Virus record (IMG/VR): IMGVR_UViG_3300006805_000031
Location: 1-57,987 of that record
Reading direction: 5' to 3' (one strand)
Source: a virus
Taxonomy: Duplodnaviria > Caudoviricetes
DNA: 57,987 nt
Position 1 is the stretch's first letter. Each line of letters opens with the position of its first letter. Positions 10,122 through 20,740 of the stretch are shown piece after piece. Made by a program: the position numbers and the translations under genes. The notes under the pieces were generated by a model. That model saw only the letters and a program-made list of their open reading frames with translations. It was not told the DNA's origin and did not search any database.

Positions 10122-10838
10122 TCAGAGACTCTTGTTGATGTTTACACGGAATTCTCGTACAGATCCGGACTGCTTTCCGAAAACCCGAACATACGAACTG
10201 ATGATGTTTTTGCTGGTCGACGTGCCGTACACATCGAACTGAGCGTCACTAATGGATTTAGCATTGATCGTCATAGACACAACGCTGCCGCCCTGGGCAT
10301 TCTGAATGGAGTTTCGTGGGATAATGTATAGCGCTCTGCGGTTCCCGTCGACAGAATCAGGAGTAGTGTTTGCCACGCTCAAGAAAAGGTCATTAAGCTC
10401 TACAACAAAAACAGAATCCTGTAGCTCAACATCAATCGATGTCTCTCCAGCAATGTTCTGCTCAAGTGTGATGTTTGCGCTGCGCTGGGAGGTCTTCCCG
10501 AGAGTGATAACGCCAGTGGAGCTATCAAAGGTGCTGTCGCCGCTGAGGCGTAGACTTGGTAGCCGCACAAGATTTGGGTTTGAAACCGTGATGAGCTTGT
10601 ACTTCTGAGCATATGCCTGATTGGTGACAGCCTCAAAAACTGGCGTAAGGCGCTCGATCTTCTCCTTTCCAAGGGCACGACCGTACTGCTTAATGAGGCC
10701 GTAGTTGACCTCATCATCAGCGAACGCAACCTTCACAAAGGAAAATGTGCCGTCATTTCGGCTCAAAAGCTGACGACCAAGATCCGTAAGGACAGTGTCA
10801 ACAATTGGAAGATTTGTGGTATTAGGTAGGAATCCCAT
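10122..10838 (-). CDS. Virion structural protein (238 aa), tail-collar-like N-terminus
   Basis: MGFL...IVDTVLTDLGRQLL...VAFADDEVNY; paralogous to the N-terminus of 17955-18827; CTAGTTA motif upstream. Confidence 0.6.
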   Translation of the reverse strand: MGFLPNTTNLPIVDTVLTDLGRQLLSRNDGTFSFVKVAFADDEVNYGLIKQYGRALGKEKIERLTPVFEAVTNQAYAQKYKLITVSNPNLVRLPSLRLSGDSTFDSSTGVITLGKTSQRSANITLEQNIAGETSIDVELQDSVFVVELNDLFLSVANTTPDSVDGNRRALYIIPRNSIQNAQGGSVVSMTINAKSISDAQFDVYGTSTSKNIISSYVRVFGKQSGSVREFRVNINKSL

Positions 10839-10856
10839 GCTTGTCTCTGTTCTTAA

Positions 10857-12539
10857 CTAGCTCAATTTCGAAATAGAGTCCCCATAGTCAGGGAAGAAAT
10901 TGGCAATCTCGGGCTTTTTTGGTTCGACGGGCGGCGTTTCGATGGTAATTTCGCATGTGCTAGATGAGCCCGAATTAGGGTCAAGGATTGAGATATTGTA
11001 GCTCCCAAATTCACTTGTTGTGATGCCCGAAATGACCTTGCCAGAGATATTGACGAATTTGATTGCATCTGGGGCCGTAATAACTTCCATGCTGGCGCCA
11101 GCTGGAACGGTAAACGAATCCCTAAATGACACTTTGTCTTCCCAAAAGATATTGGGGAACTGCTTAGGTGCACCAGCTGGAGAAGCTTGCTTGATATCCA
11201 GGCGGTTTTTGAGTGAGTTAAATCGAACCAAGAACTGCTCTGAGTATCCAGAGGTCATGCCGTGAGCATCCACCGATGCCACTGCGTAGATCACAGTTTC
11301 GCCAATCCTATACTCTTCATCCCAGAAGACGGTATCTCGCCTCTTTGTGACAAGCCTTGCGTCTGGCTGCTCGGCAATGAAATTTCCTGGGTCATCGAAC
11401 GAATACTGACGAACCAGCTGAAATGGCTCATACTCTGTGCGGCGCTTAAAGCACTGAAAGTGCTTGATGTCACGTTGAAGGTTTGGCGGGAATGTCCATA
11501 CGAGCAACGGCATATTTTTCTCGTAATCCCATACAACCGAGAAATCGGCAGGGGAAGGAGGCGGAACAAACTCCTCACACTGAACGTCTTCTGCGTATGA
11601 TGGTCTTGATGAGACCAGCATGGTTGCATCAAAAACTTCGCCAGTCGCCGAGTCAATTGCAGGAACTGTAATTGTTGCAACCACTCTAACGACATACCTT
11701 TGAACGCACCCGTAAAGCACATCGAGGTCGATAATGGACGTCTGATTGACGTCATCAACGAAGATAGTCGATAGCCGCTGCAGACTATCGGATCCCTTCA
11801 CGGATCGATACCTGTCAATTGCGTAGCCTACGATTGCTGCTGATGTTGTACTTGAGCCGGCCTTTTTGAGCTCAATTGGCTCGAAAGAGAAGTTTGGGTT
11901 TTGAAAATCATCCTTCGAGCGAGCGGCCGAGACTCGTTTCCCGGTTGCATCGGCAGGCTCTTTAAGCTCGAAGCTCAGAGAGTGGCTAGGATTAAGCGCT
12001 GCCTTTCTCAATACAGATGCTGCAACCTTGTTTGAGATCTGAACGTCAATAGCGGCGTTTTTCAGCAGCGCCCTTATATCTTCCCTGTTCTCTGTGATGG
12101 ATTGCACGAAGTTGTACCCAGAACTGGCATCGTTAGCGGCCAGTTCCTTTGATACGGAGGCGGAAGGGTTTGCAACAAGTTCTTGCTCATGTAGCTTGTC
12201 AAGAACTGCAGTGTCTGCCAAAGTAATGCTTGTGTACGAATCACCAGCAAAGAACTCCTCCGAAAGGATATCCTTGGCGTGATTTCTCAAGAACCCATTG
12301 GCGATTTTCTGGGTTGGACCAGTGGGGATCTGCCAGGACAGCGAGACGTACCTCGCTAGCCTTTTCAAGGCGCTACTTTGGCTGCGGCCGTCCTTTTGGG
12401 TGAGAATCGGATCGCTGGCGACGGCGACTGCAGTCTCATCCTTATCGTAGAAGTTGTATACGAATTTCGAGGAAATGAAGCGTGTCTCTGGAATATCCAG
12501 TACGAGCACGTTTTGGGACGGCTTTGTGTTTGTGCTCAT
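10857..12539 (-). CDS. Probable structural protein (560 aa) with fibronectin-III-like beta modules
   Basis: PPPSPADF..W..LxW..P...HFQCFKR...YAVASVDAHGMTSGYS is an Fn3-like pattern; lies within the structural block. Confidence 0.55.
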   Translation of the reverse strand: MSTNTKPSQNVLVLDIPETRFISSKFVYNFYDKDETAVAVASDPILTQKDGRSQSSALKRLARYVSLSWQIPTGPTQKIANGFLRNHAKDILSEEFFAGDSYTSITLADTAVLDKLHEQELVANPSASVSKELAANDASSGYNFVQSITENREDIRALLKNAAIDVQISNKVAASVLRKAALNPSHSLSFELKEPADATGKRVSAARSKDDFQNPNFSFEPIELKKAGSSTTSAAIVGYAIDRYRSVKGSDSLQRLSTIFVDDVNQTSIIDLDVLYGCVQRYVVRVVATITVPAIDSATGEVFDATMLVSSRPSYAEDVQCEEFVPPPSPADFSVVWDYEKNMPLLVWTFPPNLQRDIKHFQCFKRRTEYEPFQLVRQYSFDDPGNFIAEQPDARLVTKRRDTVFWDEEYRIGETVIYAVASVDAHGMTSGYSEQFLVRFNSLKNRLDIKQASPAGAPKQFPNIFWEDKVSFRDSFTVPAGASMEVITAPDAIKFVNISGKVISGITTSEFGSYNISILDPNSGSSSTCEITIETPPVEPKKPEIANFFPDYGDSISKLS

Positions 12540-15500
12540 CGTGTTTCCATTTCTACAGCGTAAGAGTCCATATACACAAAGTTCTGATCCGCATTCAAGT
12601 ATAGTCTTCCAGTGCCATCATCATAGACCCCCCGAGACGCCACAAGGCCAGATAGGGTGGCAGCTCCAGTGGGGGTGGCCTTGGTAAGAGGGATATCGAT
12701 TTCGAAAAAATCCGGATCGAGCAATACACAAAACACACGCTCGTAAATGGGCGAGGCAACCTCTTTGAGATAGCCAGTGTTGAAGGCAATCATCTGTGGG
12801 GCGGCAGGAATATTCCTCGCCAGGCTTACAAGCGACGTGATCTTGGATTGCAATCGTGGAATGCCAATTTTCGCAGAAATGCTCTTGCCAGCACTTCCTG
12901 TAGTGGCCGCTGGAGCTTGAAGGGAAATCAGGCTGCTGATTGCCTGCTGTAGGAAGTTTGTGTTTTCGGGCGGCGGGGTGGGGAGCTGGAATTCCTCTTT
13001 GAAGGCGTCGTCGTCGAATGAAAGTCCAGAGATTGCCTTTACGTGCTCTTTCAGGATGCATGATTCGTAATGGTTGCTCAAAATCTCAAACTGCTCTTTC
13101 GCTGAAAGATTTGAGTACCTTTCGGCGACAAATGCAGAGAACCCAACCTCTTTTGCTACTGTGATACCTGAGAAGTCGAGCGTAACAAGCTCTGACATGT
13201 TGGCCTCTCGACTCTTTCGTGAGTCGTAGTTGAGTCTATTTTCGCCAACGAATGTTACGAACCTAGAATACTCGAACATTTTCTTGATTGGCTTGAATAC
13301 GAGCCCTGGCAAAAGCTCATTCTTTCGAGTGAAAGACAGGTTGACAATATCATTGTCACTACCTGCAATCCGCACTTGCTCATCAAGAGCCTCTGCCACA
13401 CCATATGGAATCCCAATTGCAAACACACGAGCATTCATCCTAGCAAAAGGGGACAACTCTGGTTGATTTAGGTACGAATGCACTGCGTTAATGCCATCCA
13501 GCAGTGCATTCTCTTTGTACCCAATAGTGGCTTTTTGGGCTCCGTCAGCTGCAGAGACAATTGATGTCATGCTAGCTTTGGCGTCCACAAGGGTCTTTTG
13601 AAGCAACCGCAATGCACCGGCCTGGAATAGGCTAGAAATCGCCTTTTCGTTTTGAAGCAGACCTCCGAGCTTCGAGATCTGCAAGGCTGTCTTGGTGTCT
13701 TTTAGGAGCCCTGCGTGGGCTTCTGCGGAAGCGGCGATGTTGTCCAGAAACGACTGAATTCGAACGAGGTTGGTGCAGAGTTGGCGTTCCGAATCTTTGG
13801 CTAGTTTTTTTGCCGCCGAAAGACTTGCTGAGCTAGAATTTGCACCAAAGAGGAACCCATTCTTCCCGTTAAGAGCTGCTGTTTGTCGAGAATTAATTGA
13901 CGCATTAGCAACCTGACAAATAAGCCTCAGGTAGGTAACGAGAATGGTTGTCTCTGCGCAACCAGAGTATCTTGTTCGTCCATTGAAATTGAGCGTATTG
14001 TTGAGGTACCTGCAGATTGTCGACACGTGCGCAAGGTTTGCCTTCAGCTGCAAAAAGAAGTCTGTATTTTGATTGAGCTGAACAATGAACTGAGTTCTTG
14101 TTGTGAGGGCTGGGCCAGCTGCATTCTTCCCTGAGCCCAAACCAAGGATGGTCTGTGTTGTATTTGGTGATTTGGTGTCAAAATACTGGTCGACAACTCG
14201 CAAAAAGGAGTCATCGAGAACGGCCTTGCTTGCGTTAACTCCAAAACATCGTGTGAGCAAATAAAAGACCAGCTCACCGAAAAGCTTTTGGTTGTCATCT
14301 GCAGCAGACAGCAGCTTCACAAATGGATCTGCATCACGGCCCGAAATCAGCTCATCGTTTCCGTACAGAAACAACTTTTGCGCCAAAGAGATAGCGCCGT
14401 CCGGAGACGCAAATTCAATCTGATCATTCACGTACTCTGGGATCTGTCCAAGTTCATAGCAGCTAAAGAGATCGGTCAGCAGAGTAGTGATCTGTTTGGA
14501 GTGTTTTTTGCTTTGCTCTCTAATGGGGTCTAGTTTTTCAGGCTGAAATTTTCCTGCAGAGACCACACATGTTTCTGCAACCAGCTGCACACCCGTTCGA
14601 AAAAGTGTTCCATTCTGTTTGCTGGGTACACTATCGACATAAGCAATCCCCTGGCTCGCATCAATGATGGCCGAGGTAATGCCTGGTGAGGCGAATGAAG
14701 TGTATGGGGATGCTACGTCAGCAGCGCCAATGACCTTTTCGTATAGGTCGTAGCCGAACGTATTTGCAGAGAAAAAGTCAAATTTGCTTGTGACAGAGCT
14801 GCGGGCAAGCGCTGCGCTAACTGCGATCTCTCGCTTCAGGAATGCACTTAGCTTTGCGAGCTTTTCATTCTTGGAACCCCCTGCTTCTTGTTCAACAAAC
14901 TTGTTGATTCCGACAATCGAGTTGACAAAAGCTCGATAGGAATTCATGTCCATGTTCAGCGCTTCATACTTCGGGAGATCAAACCCCGCCAAGCTTTGAT
15001 TGAGGTCAATCTGTTTTCCGCTTAGCCCACGCAACGTCTTTTTGGCATCGGCGGCGAGACGAACAAAGATCTCTGTGCCAGTGCCCGATTCCACCTTTGG
15101 GGGTTGCGAAAACTCATCCGAAACTGCAGCACTGTAGTTCTTTGCGATGTATGCAGCGATGTTTGGTTGCCATTCTGAAAACCTAAACGCCCCTTCGGTT
15201 ACTTTTTTCGATGTCTCAATGGATACCCCGAAGTTAACAACATCTTCAAAATTCGAAACCTGACGTGAGCACTCAGTAGCGTATTTTGCTTTATCGGCGG
15301 ATGACTCAAGGCAGCTAGCAAGAAAAGCAATATTGCTTCGATTGCTTTCGTATAGCAGCTTTTGATAAACTCCCACACTAGAGAGGGCCGTACTTGCTTC
15401 TTCTCTGAATGGGGACTCATACGAAAAAACAGATAGTATCTCCGGCTGGAATTTCGAGATCAAATTTCCGGTCTGGGTTTCTGTAATGGGGATTTTGGCT

Positions 15501-15832
15501 GCTTGGTTCTCGGAAATGGTTGTGTCGCCCACTGGAAGAAAACTCAATGGCGATGGCATGAGTTGGTACCCCGGAAGAATTGCAATCGCCTCCATAGACG
15601 GAAGCTTGAAACGTGTTTCACCTGCAGGGGCTGGAGGGAAAAGGTTGGCAATGGGCACCAATGACACAGAATCAGCGCCAAGAGCGGCTGCAGCGGGGGC
15701 TGGCAGTATCGTCACCTTTGATGGCGAAAGAGGCTGCAGGGCTTCTGCAGAGGGCTTTACGGCGCTCGGAACGGCTTGCGTTGTAAGCCCTCCGATGGAT
15801 ACGGAACCCAATCGTGTTTTAAGTCCAGACAT
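12536..15832 (-). CDS. Large hypothetical protein (1098 aa), probable virion component
   Basis: Long ORF tightly coupled to both neighbours; no motif recognised. Confidence 0.55.
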   Translation of the reverse strand: MSGLKTRLGSVSIGGLTTQAVPSAVKPSAEALQPLSPSKVTILPAPAAAALGADSVSLVPIANLFPPAPAGETRFKLPSMEAIAILPGYQLMPSPLSFLPVGDTTISENQAAKIPITETQTGNLISKFQPEILSVFSYESPFREEASTALSSVGVYQKLLYESNRSNIAFLASCLESSADKAKYATECSRQVSNFEDVVNFGVSIETSKKVTEGAFRFSEWQPNIAAYIAKNYSAAVSDEFSQPPKVESGTGTEIFVRLAADAKKTLRGLSGKQIDLNQSLAGFDLPKYEALNMDMNSYRAFVNSIVGINKFVEQEAGGSKNEKLAKLSAFLKREIAVSAALARSSVTSKFDFFSANTFGYDLYEKVIGAADVASPYTSFASPGITSAIIDASQGIAYVDSVPSKQNGTLFRTGVQLVAETCVVSAGKFQPEKLDPIREQSKKHSKQITTLLTDLFSCYELGQIPEYVNDQIEFASPDGAISLAQKLFLYGNDELISGRDADPFVKLLSAADDNQKLFGELVFYLLTRCFGVNASKAVLDDSFLRVVDQYFDTKSPNTTQTILGLGSGKNAAGPALTTRTQFIVQLNQNTDFFLQLKANLAHVSTICRYLNNTLNFNGRTRYSGCAETTILVTYLRLICQVANASINSRQTAALNGKNGFLFGANSSSASLSAAKKLAKDSERQLCTNLVRIQSFLDNIAASAEAHAGLLKDTKTALQISKLGGLLQNEKAISSLFQAGALRLLQKTLVDAKASMTSIVSAADGAQKATIGYKENALLDGINAVHSYLNQPELSPFARMNARVFAIGIPYGVAEALDEQVRIAGSDNDIVNLSFTRKNELLPGLVFKPIKKMFEYSRFVTFVGENRLNYDSRKSREANMSELVTLDFSGITVAKEVGFSAFVAERYSNLSAKEQFEILSNHYESCILKEHVKAISGLSFDDDAFKEEFQLPTPPPENTNFLQQAISSLISLQAPAATTGSAGKSISAKIGIPRLQSKITSLVSLARNIPAAPQMIAFNTGYLKEVASPIYERVFCVLLDPDFFEIDIPLTKATPTGAATLSGLVASRGVYDDGTGRLYLNADQNFVYMDSYAVEMETR

Positions 15833-17955
15833 TATTTCTTCTCGAATCGAATGTTTTCGCCAATCCCCGAGTCTGTGACCGCAGAGATGTAGAAGTCGGA
15901 ATTGCTCGCCTTCTTTTTAACCGTAATTGCGTAGCTGTTTTGACCAGACACTGGAAAAAGCCTACCAACAGAAGTGATGCCATCTTCCGTATTTTCAAGA
16001 ATCTGATAGTGATCTACACCCAGGGCTCCGTCCAAAATGGACAGCTTCAACAAAGCTTGTGTCTTAGAGATTTCCGTTTGCGTTGCGCCAGTGAGTCGGG
16101 CTGACGCTTTCGGGATTGTAACATCAATATCCGTCACAACACCAATTGCGGCTGCGTCAATTTCGGAATAAGATGTCAACCTCTGCCTGGAATTTACAGA
16201 CGCTTTCACTCCACCCTTTAGTGCCAGCGGACTCAAGGAAATGGATGGATTCCATTGGTAATTTCGACCTGTTCCTGTGTCTTTGGATGTCTTTACGTAA
16301 TCACTAAAGAGGGTCTCTGGTGAACGGACACATGAAAAAATCTGATATTTGTACCCCCCTTCGGAGCGCACAGGTGGAGCGCCAACAAGCTCTGAACGGG
16401 TTGCATCATCAAAATTGTCTGCAACAAGACCGAAATCAACAACGGCGCCCGAAAATGTGTCGATCCGAAATACCTTATGCGAGATAACCTTGTTCAGCTT
16501 TTCTCGCTCATTGATCGACTCCTGGATGAATAGTTCATCATACCCATTTGACTTCAAAAGCTGCCTTAGAATTTCGCTCTGGTTCTTCTCTAGCTCCGTG
16601 CTTAGGGAAAATGACACCGTGTCGGAAGACACCTGCAGATTTTCAACCTTAATAGCGCCCACGCCAACCTTCTTTCGTACGCACTTCTCAGTATCAGAGA
16701 AATGTGTTGTGGATAGGCCATTCTGGTGTTGAATCACAAGCTTGTAACTTCGATACAGGCCATCCTTGGAGGATGGGTCTAGAAAAAACCTTCTTGTTAG
16801 CCCGAGAATGTACTCTGAGCCAACGAGCCTAAAGTCACCAGATAGCCTGGCCTGCCCCTCTTGGGCGTAAAGTGTGCAGGATACAGCTGTGCTAGGGATG
16901 TTCTCAACGAAGATATTCGTTCCGTCTACGGCCTCAGCGCAGTAAAGAGATGCCGTGCTATGCGTTTTGTTGGGCCGATCAGCATCGACAACAACAGAAG
17001 AAAAGTCGCTCGAAATGTTGCCAAAGTTATCACACGCCAAAAACCTGTAGATGACATGCGAGCCAAAGTGCGAATCAATCCTCAACCTTGTCTCTTTTCC
17101 GGCTGCCAAAGGAAGATCTCTTGCTAGGGAAAATTCAGATCTGAGAGCCTTATCCATCGACTGCACCTTCCGAAAAACAAGTACACGATTTGCGCTCATG
17201 TCCACTTGCTTCAGGTTTGCGAAGCCATAACCATCCCCACGAAGCGCTTGATAGGATACTTCTGGTGGAGAAATGGAATTCCGGAAAAACTCGGCGAGAT
17301 CCTCTTTAGAGAACTGAACTTGTTGAATCTGCACTGGCACGCCAGATGAATTAAGCACCGCAAATGTGAAGAAGCCGCCTGTTAGTTCAACATCAGAAGG
17401 AAGAACGAACGTGAATTCATCAGTCACATAAGCAACCTCTTGCTCTGCTGGGGCGACTGCAGTAAGCACTAGACCTGCAGGGTTCTGAACTTTCGGGTTG
17501 TTGATTTTCTGCTGCAGAAGATCTGCATAGTCAATGCCGGCGCCAGCACTTTGAGCAACTTCAATTTTCGTATTCAGCTGGGCAAGTGGCGGACGGTGCA
17601 CTGCCGGCGGCCGGGGGGGAATCTTGAGGGGAGACCGTTGGGGCAGCTGAGCTTTTTGAGGTGAGGTGGTCGCTCCAAGATCTTTTGTTGCAAGCACAAG
17701 CTTGGGCGGTGATGGGATGTCTGCCGATGATAGACTTGGCTTACCCAGCGAAATCTTGGCCAAGTAGCTCTCAACATCAGCGATTGTCTTGCCAACATAC
17801 ACGGATGCTTGCAAGGGGAGGTTATTCTGCAACAAGGCGTGATCCGCCGTGTAAGAGAATTTGAATTCGTATCCGCCATCAACACGGCGAACCGAAGATG
17901 GGATGGATGAAACCTTGATGAAGGAGTCTTTGAGTTTTCTTTTGGCAATGAACAT
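15832..17955 (-). CDS. Hypothetical protein (707 aa), probable structural, Fn3-like segments
   Basis: Long ORF with 1-nt start/stop overlaps; YRFLACDNFGNISSDFS and FYISAVTDSG are Fn3-like strands. Confidence 0.55.
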   Translation of the reverse strand: MFIAKRKLKDSFIKVSSIPSSVRRVDGGYEFKFSYTADHALLQNNLPLQASVYVGKTIADVESYLAKISLGKPSLSSADIPSPPKLVLATKDLGATTSPQKAQLPQRSPLKIPPRPPAVHRPPLAQLNTKIEVAQSAGAGIDYADLLQQKINNPKVQNPAGLVLTAVAPAEQEVAYVTDEFTFVLPSDVELTGGFFTFAVLNSSGVPVQIQQVQFSKEDLAEFFRNSISPPEVSYQALRGDGYGFANLKQVDMSANRVLVFRKVQSMDKALRSEFSLARDLPLAAGKETRLRIDSHFGSHVIYRFLACDNFGNISSDFSSVVVDADRPNKTHSTASLYCAEAVDGTNIFVENIPSTAVSCTLYAQEGQARLSGDFRLVGSEYILGLTRRFFLDPSSKDGLYRSYKLVIQHQNGLSTTHFSDTEKCVRKKVGVGAIKVENLQVSSDTVSFSLSTELEKNQSEILRQLLKSNGYDELFIQESINEREKLNKVISHKVFRIDTFSGAVVDFGLVADNFDDATRSELVGAPPVRSEGGYKYQIFSCVRSPETLFSDYVKTSKDTGTGRNYQWNPSISLSPLALKGGVKASVNSRQRLTSYSEIDAAAIGVVTDIDVTIPKASARLTGATQTEISKTQALLKLSILDGALGVDHYQILENTEDGITSVGRLFPVSGQNSYAITVKKKASNSDFYISAVTDSGIGENIRFEKK

Positions 17956-18827
17956 CAGGTCACCAAGAAGTAGAAGACACCAAGGAAAGTCGAAACGTTT
18001 TTGCTGTCTCGCTCTTCGTACCCTGCAACATACACACGTTTGCGACCGTCAATTTCAAGAAACCCCAGGTTGTAAACATCCATTTTTCGAATGGACTTGT
18101 TGTTCTCAAGCTCATACACTTGAACCAAAAGGTCTGACTGCTGTCTGGCCTGCAGTGTGTCTTTGTATCCGAACTCGACACTTTTGGACTTTCCTTCCTG
18201 GCGTGCCTTGCTGACAACTTGCTGCAAAGATTTCGAACCAAGATCTTCAATGCTGTCCGGGTAATTCCCAAGCGGCAAAGATTGCTGGTCTGGTGTCAGC
18301 TTGTTGACTGGCGGCAGATACATAAAGTTCTTCATTCCCCTGAAGCGTTTGTCCTCAAACATCCCTGGGAATGAGTCGATGTTGATTGCGCCAGAAGCGG
18401 TTTCATTTTGGCCCAAAACAAACTTGAGATTTGTTGGTGAGACTTTGAATTGACCATCAGCTGCATCCACTGTCTGCAGAATGGATAGCTTGCCAAATGC
18501 TTGGGTTTGAGTCTCCTGCAACTTATCAAATGCAGTTGTGGCGTCTAGTTCTTCACCGCTCGGGAGAATCTGCATACCTCCAGTGGAGTCAAGCCCATTC
18601 CCGGATGTCAAAAGGTATCCGTTCTCAGAGGCCTCAACAGTAAGTACATCAGCCGGGTTCGAAGCCGCCTCTGTTCCAAAGTTCAATCCCGAACTCTCGT
18701 AATCCACTCCACTATCCGAAAAAGAAACAAAAGAAGGTCGGAATAGTCCTTGGGAGACTTTTCGGCGACCTTCTTTTGTGAGGACAATGTCGATGATTCG
18801 AGATTTGCCGTCCAGAAAACCTGCCAT
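17955..18827 (-). CDS. Virion structural protein (290 aa), tail-collar-like N-terminus
   Basis: MAGFLDGKSRIIDIVLTKEGRRKV...VSFSDSGVDY, paralogous to 10122-10838. Confidence 0.6.
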   Translation of the reverse strand: MAGFLDGKSRIIDIVLTKEGRRKVSQGLFRPSFVSFSDSGVDYESSGLNFGTEAASNPADVLTVEASENGYLLTSGNGLDSTGGMQILPSGEELDATTAFDKLQETQTQAFGKLSILQTVDAADGQFKVSPTNLKFVLGQNETASGAINIDSFPGMFEDKRFRGMKNFMYLPPVNKLTPDQQSLPLGNYPDSIEDLGSKSLQQVVSKARQEGKSKSVEFGYKDTLQARQQSDLLVQVYELENNKSIRKMDVYNLGFLEIDGRKRVYVAGYEERDSKNVSTFLGVFYFLVT

Positions 18828-18857
18828 ATTGAAATATAGGGCAGGCTCTGCAGTCGG

Positions 18858-20426
18858 CTATAGCAAATCAGCAGCCAACGTAGCTAGCTCTGAACGCTCA
18901 CCCTTGAGCAAAGTGATGTGTCCGGCAATCGGATAATCCTTAAACTTCTCAATAGCGTGAGTGAATCCAGAGCTAAGAGCGTCCATACTGGAAACGTCAA
19001 TCTGAGAGAGGTCTCCTGTGAGTACGATTTTCGAACCCTCTCCGGAGCGAGTGATGATTGTCTTCAGCTGGTGTAGGGTAAGATTCTGCGCCTCATCAAC
19101 AATGATGAAGCACTTCGGGAACGAACGGCCACGAATGAACGTAACGGCTTCGACCTCAATCTGCCCCTTGAGCACCATGGTGTTAACGAATGCATTCCTG
19201 GAGAAATCCTCGCTGTCGGGCTGCTGAAGGGGCTTATTTGCTGAACCCTTCTTGTCCTTGTCGCCCTTCTCCTTCTTTTCGCTTGCCAAACCTTTTGAGT
19301 TTGGGGCACACAAGAATTCAAGGTTGTCTCGAATTGGAGCCACCCAGGGCGACATTTTTTGCGCTGCGGTCCCCGGGAGGAAGCCAACGTCTCTGCCCAC
19401 TGGTTCAATTGGGCGAGTGATGATCATTTTGGTGTAGATGTTTGACTCAAGAACCTGTTGCAGGCCAGCCGCAATAGCGATCAAAGTCTTGCCCGTTCCC
19501 GCCGTTCCCGCAAGAGTCACCAAAGAGACATTTGGGTCCAAGAGCAGATCGAGCGCAAACCCCTGCTCCTTGTTTTTCTGCGAAAGACCAAAGACCACGT
19601 TTTGGTTTTTGCGCTCGATGATGATCTTGTAGGTCCCAAGTTCGGGGTCCAACACACGGACCATTGCCGACTGGCTGGCGTGAGTTACAGCATCCTCATA
19701 CTTCACAACGCAGATCTCATTGGGTCTGAGATCGTATTCAGGGTTCTGGAAGAGCGAGTGACAAGCACTCTGGGACTTCTTGACATTGAAGTACAGCTGA
19801 TCAATGATCGCTGGGTCATCGACACTGATCCTGGTCACGCCAGAATACAGGGAGTCATTCTTGACAGTAACGTGCGATGCCTTGTAGTCTTCAGCAGGAA
19901 TGCCCACTGAGTCGCATTTGAGGCGGACGTTAATGTCTTGAGAGATCAGCGTAACATCAGCACTTTCCTCCGTCTGTTGAACAGCTTCGAGTAGCGCCGC
20001 ATCCTTGTCCATCCCTGTTGCAACTAGGCAAAGAACCCGATCCCGAATTTTGGGATTAGATTCCCGATCCCACTGGGCAATCTCCCGCTTCAGGTAGAAA
20101 GCACAGCCAATAATCTTGTTGTCTACCTTTGTGGGGTCGAGTCCTTCAGGAACGTAGGTCTCAAAGTCGCAGGAGACGACCCGAAGCGTCCCTCCCGAGG
20201 GCAAGGTAATACCCTCGGCGAGCGAGCCCTCTTTGCGATACCCGTCAATTTTCCGGGCAATTGCACGAGCATTTTTGCCGACTTCGTCTGGCCGAGACTT
20301 GTGACGATCCAGCTCTTCCAGGCAAACAATCGGGATGTGAACGAGATTACCTCCTGTGCACAATTTGTCGAGGCAGTCATCATCCGAGAGTAGGACATTT
20401 GTGTCCAGCACGTAATTCTTGTTCAT
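18858..20426 (-). CDS. phoH: PIN-PhoH (PhoH2/YlaK-type) ribonuclease-ATPase
   Basis: PIN domain YVLDTNVLL...LEELD...DNKII...ISQDINVRLK; PhoH domain GTAGTGKT, ITRP, GFLPG, FIRGRSF, IVDEAQN, TRSGEGSKIVLTGDLSQID, ERSELA. Confidence 0.92.
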   Translation of the reverse strand: MNKNYVLDTNVLLSDDDCLDKLCTGGNLVHIPIVCLEELDRHKSRPDEVGKNARAIARKIDGYRKEGSLAEGITLPSGGTLRVVSCDFETYVPEGLDPTKVDNKIIGCAFYLKREIAQWDRESNPKIRDRVLCLVATGMDKDAALLEAVQQTEESADVTLISQDINVRLKCDSVGIPAEDYKASHVTVKNDSLYSGVTRISVDDPAIIDQLYFNVKKSQSACHSLFQNPEYDLRPNEICVVKYEDAVTHASQSAMVRVLDPELGTYKIIIERKNQNVVFGLSQKNKEQGFALDLLLDPNVSLVTLAGTAGTGKTLIAIAAGLQQVLESNIYTKMIITRPIEPVGRDVGFLPGTAAQKMSPWVAPIRDNLEFLCAPNSKGLASEKKEKGDKDKKGSANKPLQQPDSEDFSRNAFVNTMVLKGQIEVEAVTFIRGRSFPKCFIIVDEAQNLTLHQLKTIITRSGEGSKIVLTGDLSQIDVSSMDALSSGFTHAIEKFKDYPIAGHITLLKGERSELATLAADLL

Positions 20427-20440
20427 GAATTTGCTCAGGT

Positions 20441-20740
20441 TCAGCTTTTCTTGGCAGGCTTCTTCTTCGGGGTTTCCGTGGGGGTAACCACTTCGGGCTC
20501 AGACTGAGCCTCTCCCTCGGTCTCGGTCTCGGAGGCTACTTCCGGCTCGGGCAGTGGCGCCTCAGTGGGCGGCTCTTCGGGTGGAGCGGGCGGCGACTCA
20601 ACAGGAAACACTTCCTGCTTGGGTGCCAGAGCGGGGCCGGCTTCTAGCTCGGCACGCTTAGAGGTCAATGCGGCTACATCATGCGGCGCATTGGGGTCAA
20701 GCCCAAGTTCCTCTACTTCAAAACGTGTTCGGTTCGACAT
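20441..20740 (-). CDS. Small Pro/Glu-rich, probably disordered protein
   Basis: ATG at 20740 (MSNRTRFE...), a PPAPPEEPP tract and a basic tail. Confidence 0.55.
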   Translation of the reverse strand: MSNRTRFEVEELGLDPNAPHDVAALTSKRAELEAGPALAPKQEVFPVESPPAPPEEPPTEAPLPEPEVASETETEGEAQSEPEVVTPTETPKKKPAKKS

